A stretch of DNA of 64,000 bases, from the NCBI GenBank assembly GCA_004022145.1, contig RCNU01000009.1, one strand, 5' to 3'. This stretch comes from Paecilomyces variotii. Taxonomy: Eukaryota. Below the pieces are notes generated by a model. That model was not told where the DNA came from, searched no databases, and saw only the letters and a program-made list of their open reading frames with translations. Made by a program: the position numbers and the translations under genes. This document shows, piece after piece, positions 62,161 through 64,000 of the stretch; within the stretch, counting starts at the first letter, position 1; each line of letters opens with the position of its first letter.

Positions 62161-62563
62161 GGCTATCGTAGGCAGCAAAGGATGATCGATAGGTAGTCGC
62201 AAGTCGCAAAGGAAAAAAATAGTTTTAAGTAGGCGGTGCGCAAACTTCCCTTGACGCCGCGCGCGGGGGCGCGGGCGGTGAAGAGTCCGTAGATCAGCTT
62301 GCCCCGCGATTTTTTGACGTAGCGATTGATATTATTTGGCACTGTCACAAATCAGCTTGCTTGCTGTGACTCAGAAAGAGTCATTGATGGAAAGTTTCCT
62401 TCAGTCATCTCTACCAGAAACCGCAATTTCTTTGTAAGGGATAGAAGACTTAACTTAAGGGAGAAGACGCCAGAGCCAGCGGCTCCTGTGCTCTTCTTTC
62501 TCTCAAGACATTTTCACTGCCAGCTGAAGTAATAAGTCAGTTTTCGACTCAGTGATCATCACT

Positions 62564-64000
62564 ATGGTGCAACAAGACGTTCAGGAGGTCGCACGGCTGG
62601 TTGACAGCCTCGAAGAGGCCAGCAAACGAGGGAAGACACAAGGCAAAAAGAGCTTTGTCTGCAAAAAGTCCACCTTTGCAGTAGCGGGGTCAGATAATAT
62701 CTTCGTCGATTCCTGGAGGTTTAACGATTGGGACTACAAGCGTCGTGACCTTCCGACTTACGCCCGTGGACTATTCACTACACGAACCAAGTCTGGTCGT
62801 CCAGAGATTGCTGTCCGCGGTTACGACAAGTTTTTCAACGTGGATGAAGCGGGCAACACGAAATGGGACCAGATCGAGAAATACACGCGTGGTCCGTATG
62901 AGCTTAGTGTCAAAGAGAATGGATGCATCATCTTCATTTCTGGTCTCGAAGATGGCTCTCTGTTAGTATGCAGCAAGCACTCTACGGGAGTTCGAAATGA
63001 TACCAACCTGAGCCATGCCCAAGCCGGCGAGAAATGGGTTGAACAACACGTTACTTCTGTCGGAAAGACAGTAAAAGAACTTGCGATGCAACTGCGGAAG
63101 ATGAACGTTACCGCAGTTGGTGAGCTCTGCGATGACAGCTTCGAAGAGCATGTCCTGGCGTATGATGAAAATGCTGCTGGTATCTACCTTCACGGCATAA
63201 ACTATAACGTTCCAGAATTTGCGACTATGCCCAGCTCTGAGGTGCACAAATTCGCTGACGAGTGGGGATTCAAGAAGGCACAGTTTCTTGTCATGGACGA
63301 TATCAGGGCTGTGAAACAATTCTTGGACAACTGCGCCGAAACAGGCTCATGGAATGGAAGAGATACAGAAGGATTCGTTATCAGATGCAAGCAACGCGAA
63401 GGAGAAGATGGGCCATATCGGGACTGGTTCTTCAAATACAAGTTTGAGGAGCCATATCTTATGTACAGACAGTGGCGTGAATGCACCAAGGCAGTCATTG
63501 CCGGAAAACTTCCGAAGATCAAGAAGCATCAGAAGATCACCGAGGAATATCTACAATATGCTCGCAGACAGCTCGTGAAGGATCCAGCCATTGGAAAACT
63601 TTACAACCAGAATCACGGAATCATTTCAATGAGAGAGGGATTCCTGCGTGAACGTGGCTTGAAAGGATCAGATATCATCCAAATGGAAAACGAAGGGCGT
63701 GCTGAAGGAGTCAGCAAAAACGTCATCCTGGTTCCAATTGCATCTATCGGCTGCGGAAAGACGACCCTGTCACTGGCCCTGGCCAAGCTATTCGGATGGG
63801 GTCACATCCAGAATGATAACATCCCCAAACAGAAGAATCGCCCGAAGAGGTTTGCCTTTGAGGTGACGAACGAACTTGCGAACCATCCCGTTGTCATAGC
63901 AGACCGCAACAACCATCAGAGACGGGAAAGGAAACAGCTCATGGAAGATATTACCCCGGTCCTCACTGATGCTCGATTCGTTGCCCTCCAGTACGTGCAT
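62564..64000 (+). CDS. TRL1: Fungal tRNA ligase Trl1, 5' portion; runs off the window and is absent from the ORF track
   Basis: MVQQDVQEV..SWRFNDWDY..LPTYARGLF..RGYDKFFN..KENGCIIF..CSKHSTG..EGFVIRC..FFKYKFEEPYLMYRQWRE; kinase P-loop IGCGKTT and DRNNH. Confidence 0.95.
   Translation, partial: MVQQDVQEVARLVDSLEEASKRGKTQGKKSFVCKKSTFAVAGSDNIFVDSWRFNDWDYKRRDLPTYARGLFTTRTKSGRPEIAVRGYDKFFNVDEAGNTKWDQIEKYTRGPYELSVKENGCIIFISGLEDGSLLVCSKHSTGVRNDTNLSHAQAGEKWVEQHVTSVGKTVKELAMQLRKMNVTAVGELCDDSFEEHVLAYDENAAGIYLHGINYNVPEFATMPSSEVHKFADEWGFKKAQFLVMDDIRAVKQFLDNCAETGSWNGRDTEGFVIRCKQREGEDGPYRDWFFKYKFEEPYLMYRQWRECTKAVIAGKLPKIKKHQKITEEYLQYARRQLVKDPAIGKLYNQNHGIISMREGFLRERGLKGSDIIQMENEGRAEGVSKNVILVPIASIGCGKTTLSLALAKLFGWGHIQNDNIPKQKNRPKRFAFEVTNELANHPVVIADRNNHQRRERKQLMEDITPVLTDARFVALQYVH

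Overview
Eukaryotic DNA from a filamentous ascomycete (Eurotiales-like, judged by short GT-AG introns with CTRAC branch points and Aspergillus-type proteins). It is a gene-dense, mostly housekeeping region of about 27 protein-coding genes: SPG5-like, two aldo-keto reductases, FYV6/FAM192A, an I78 inhibitor-like protein, a VPS9-ankyrin-PX protein, uS11m, TIM44, SGT2, RIC1, TMA20, OLA1, HIR1, a stomatin-like protein, a La-related protein, NPR3, COX19, a GFA-like protein, a PAP2 phosphatase, VPS37, a peroxisomal acyl-CoA ligase plus enoyl-CoA hydratase pair, an ankyrin protein and the start of TRL1. The most interesting content is invisible in the ORF track. (1) A minus-strand non-coding host transcript at about 49.4-50.7 kb carries four intronic box C/D snoRNAs (U45-like, snR41, snR70, snR51). 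Its introns abut directly at AG|GT junctions with zero-length exons. The snR51 is itself split by a nested 60-nt spliceosomal intron lying between its 18S guide and its D box. (2) The FYV6 intron has a branch-proximal AG that creates an immediate stop codon, suggesting autoregulation by this 3'-splice-site selection factor. (3) An OLA1 intron holds snR69, and OLA1 has an AUG-less, presequence-like N-terminal extension. All identifications were made by eye, and rRNA target sequences were recalled rather than searched. Exon boundaries are predictions.
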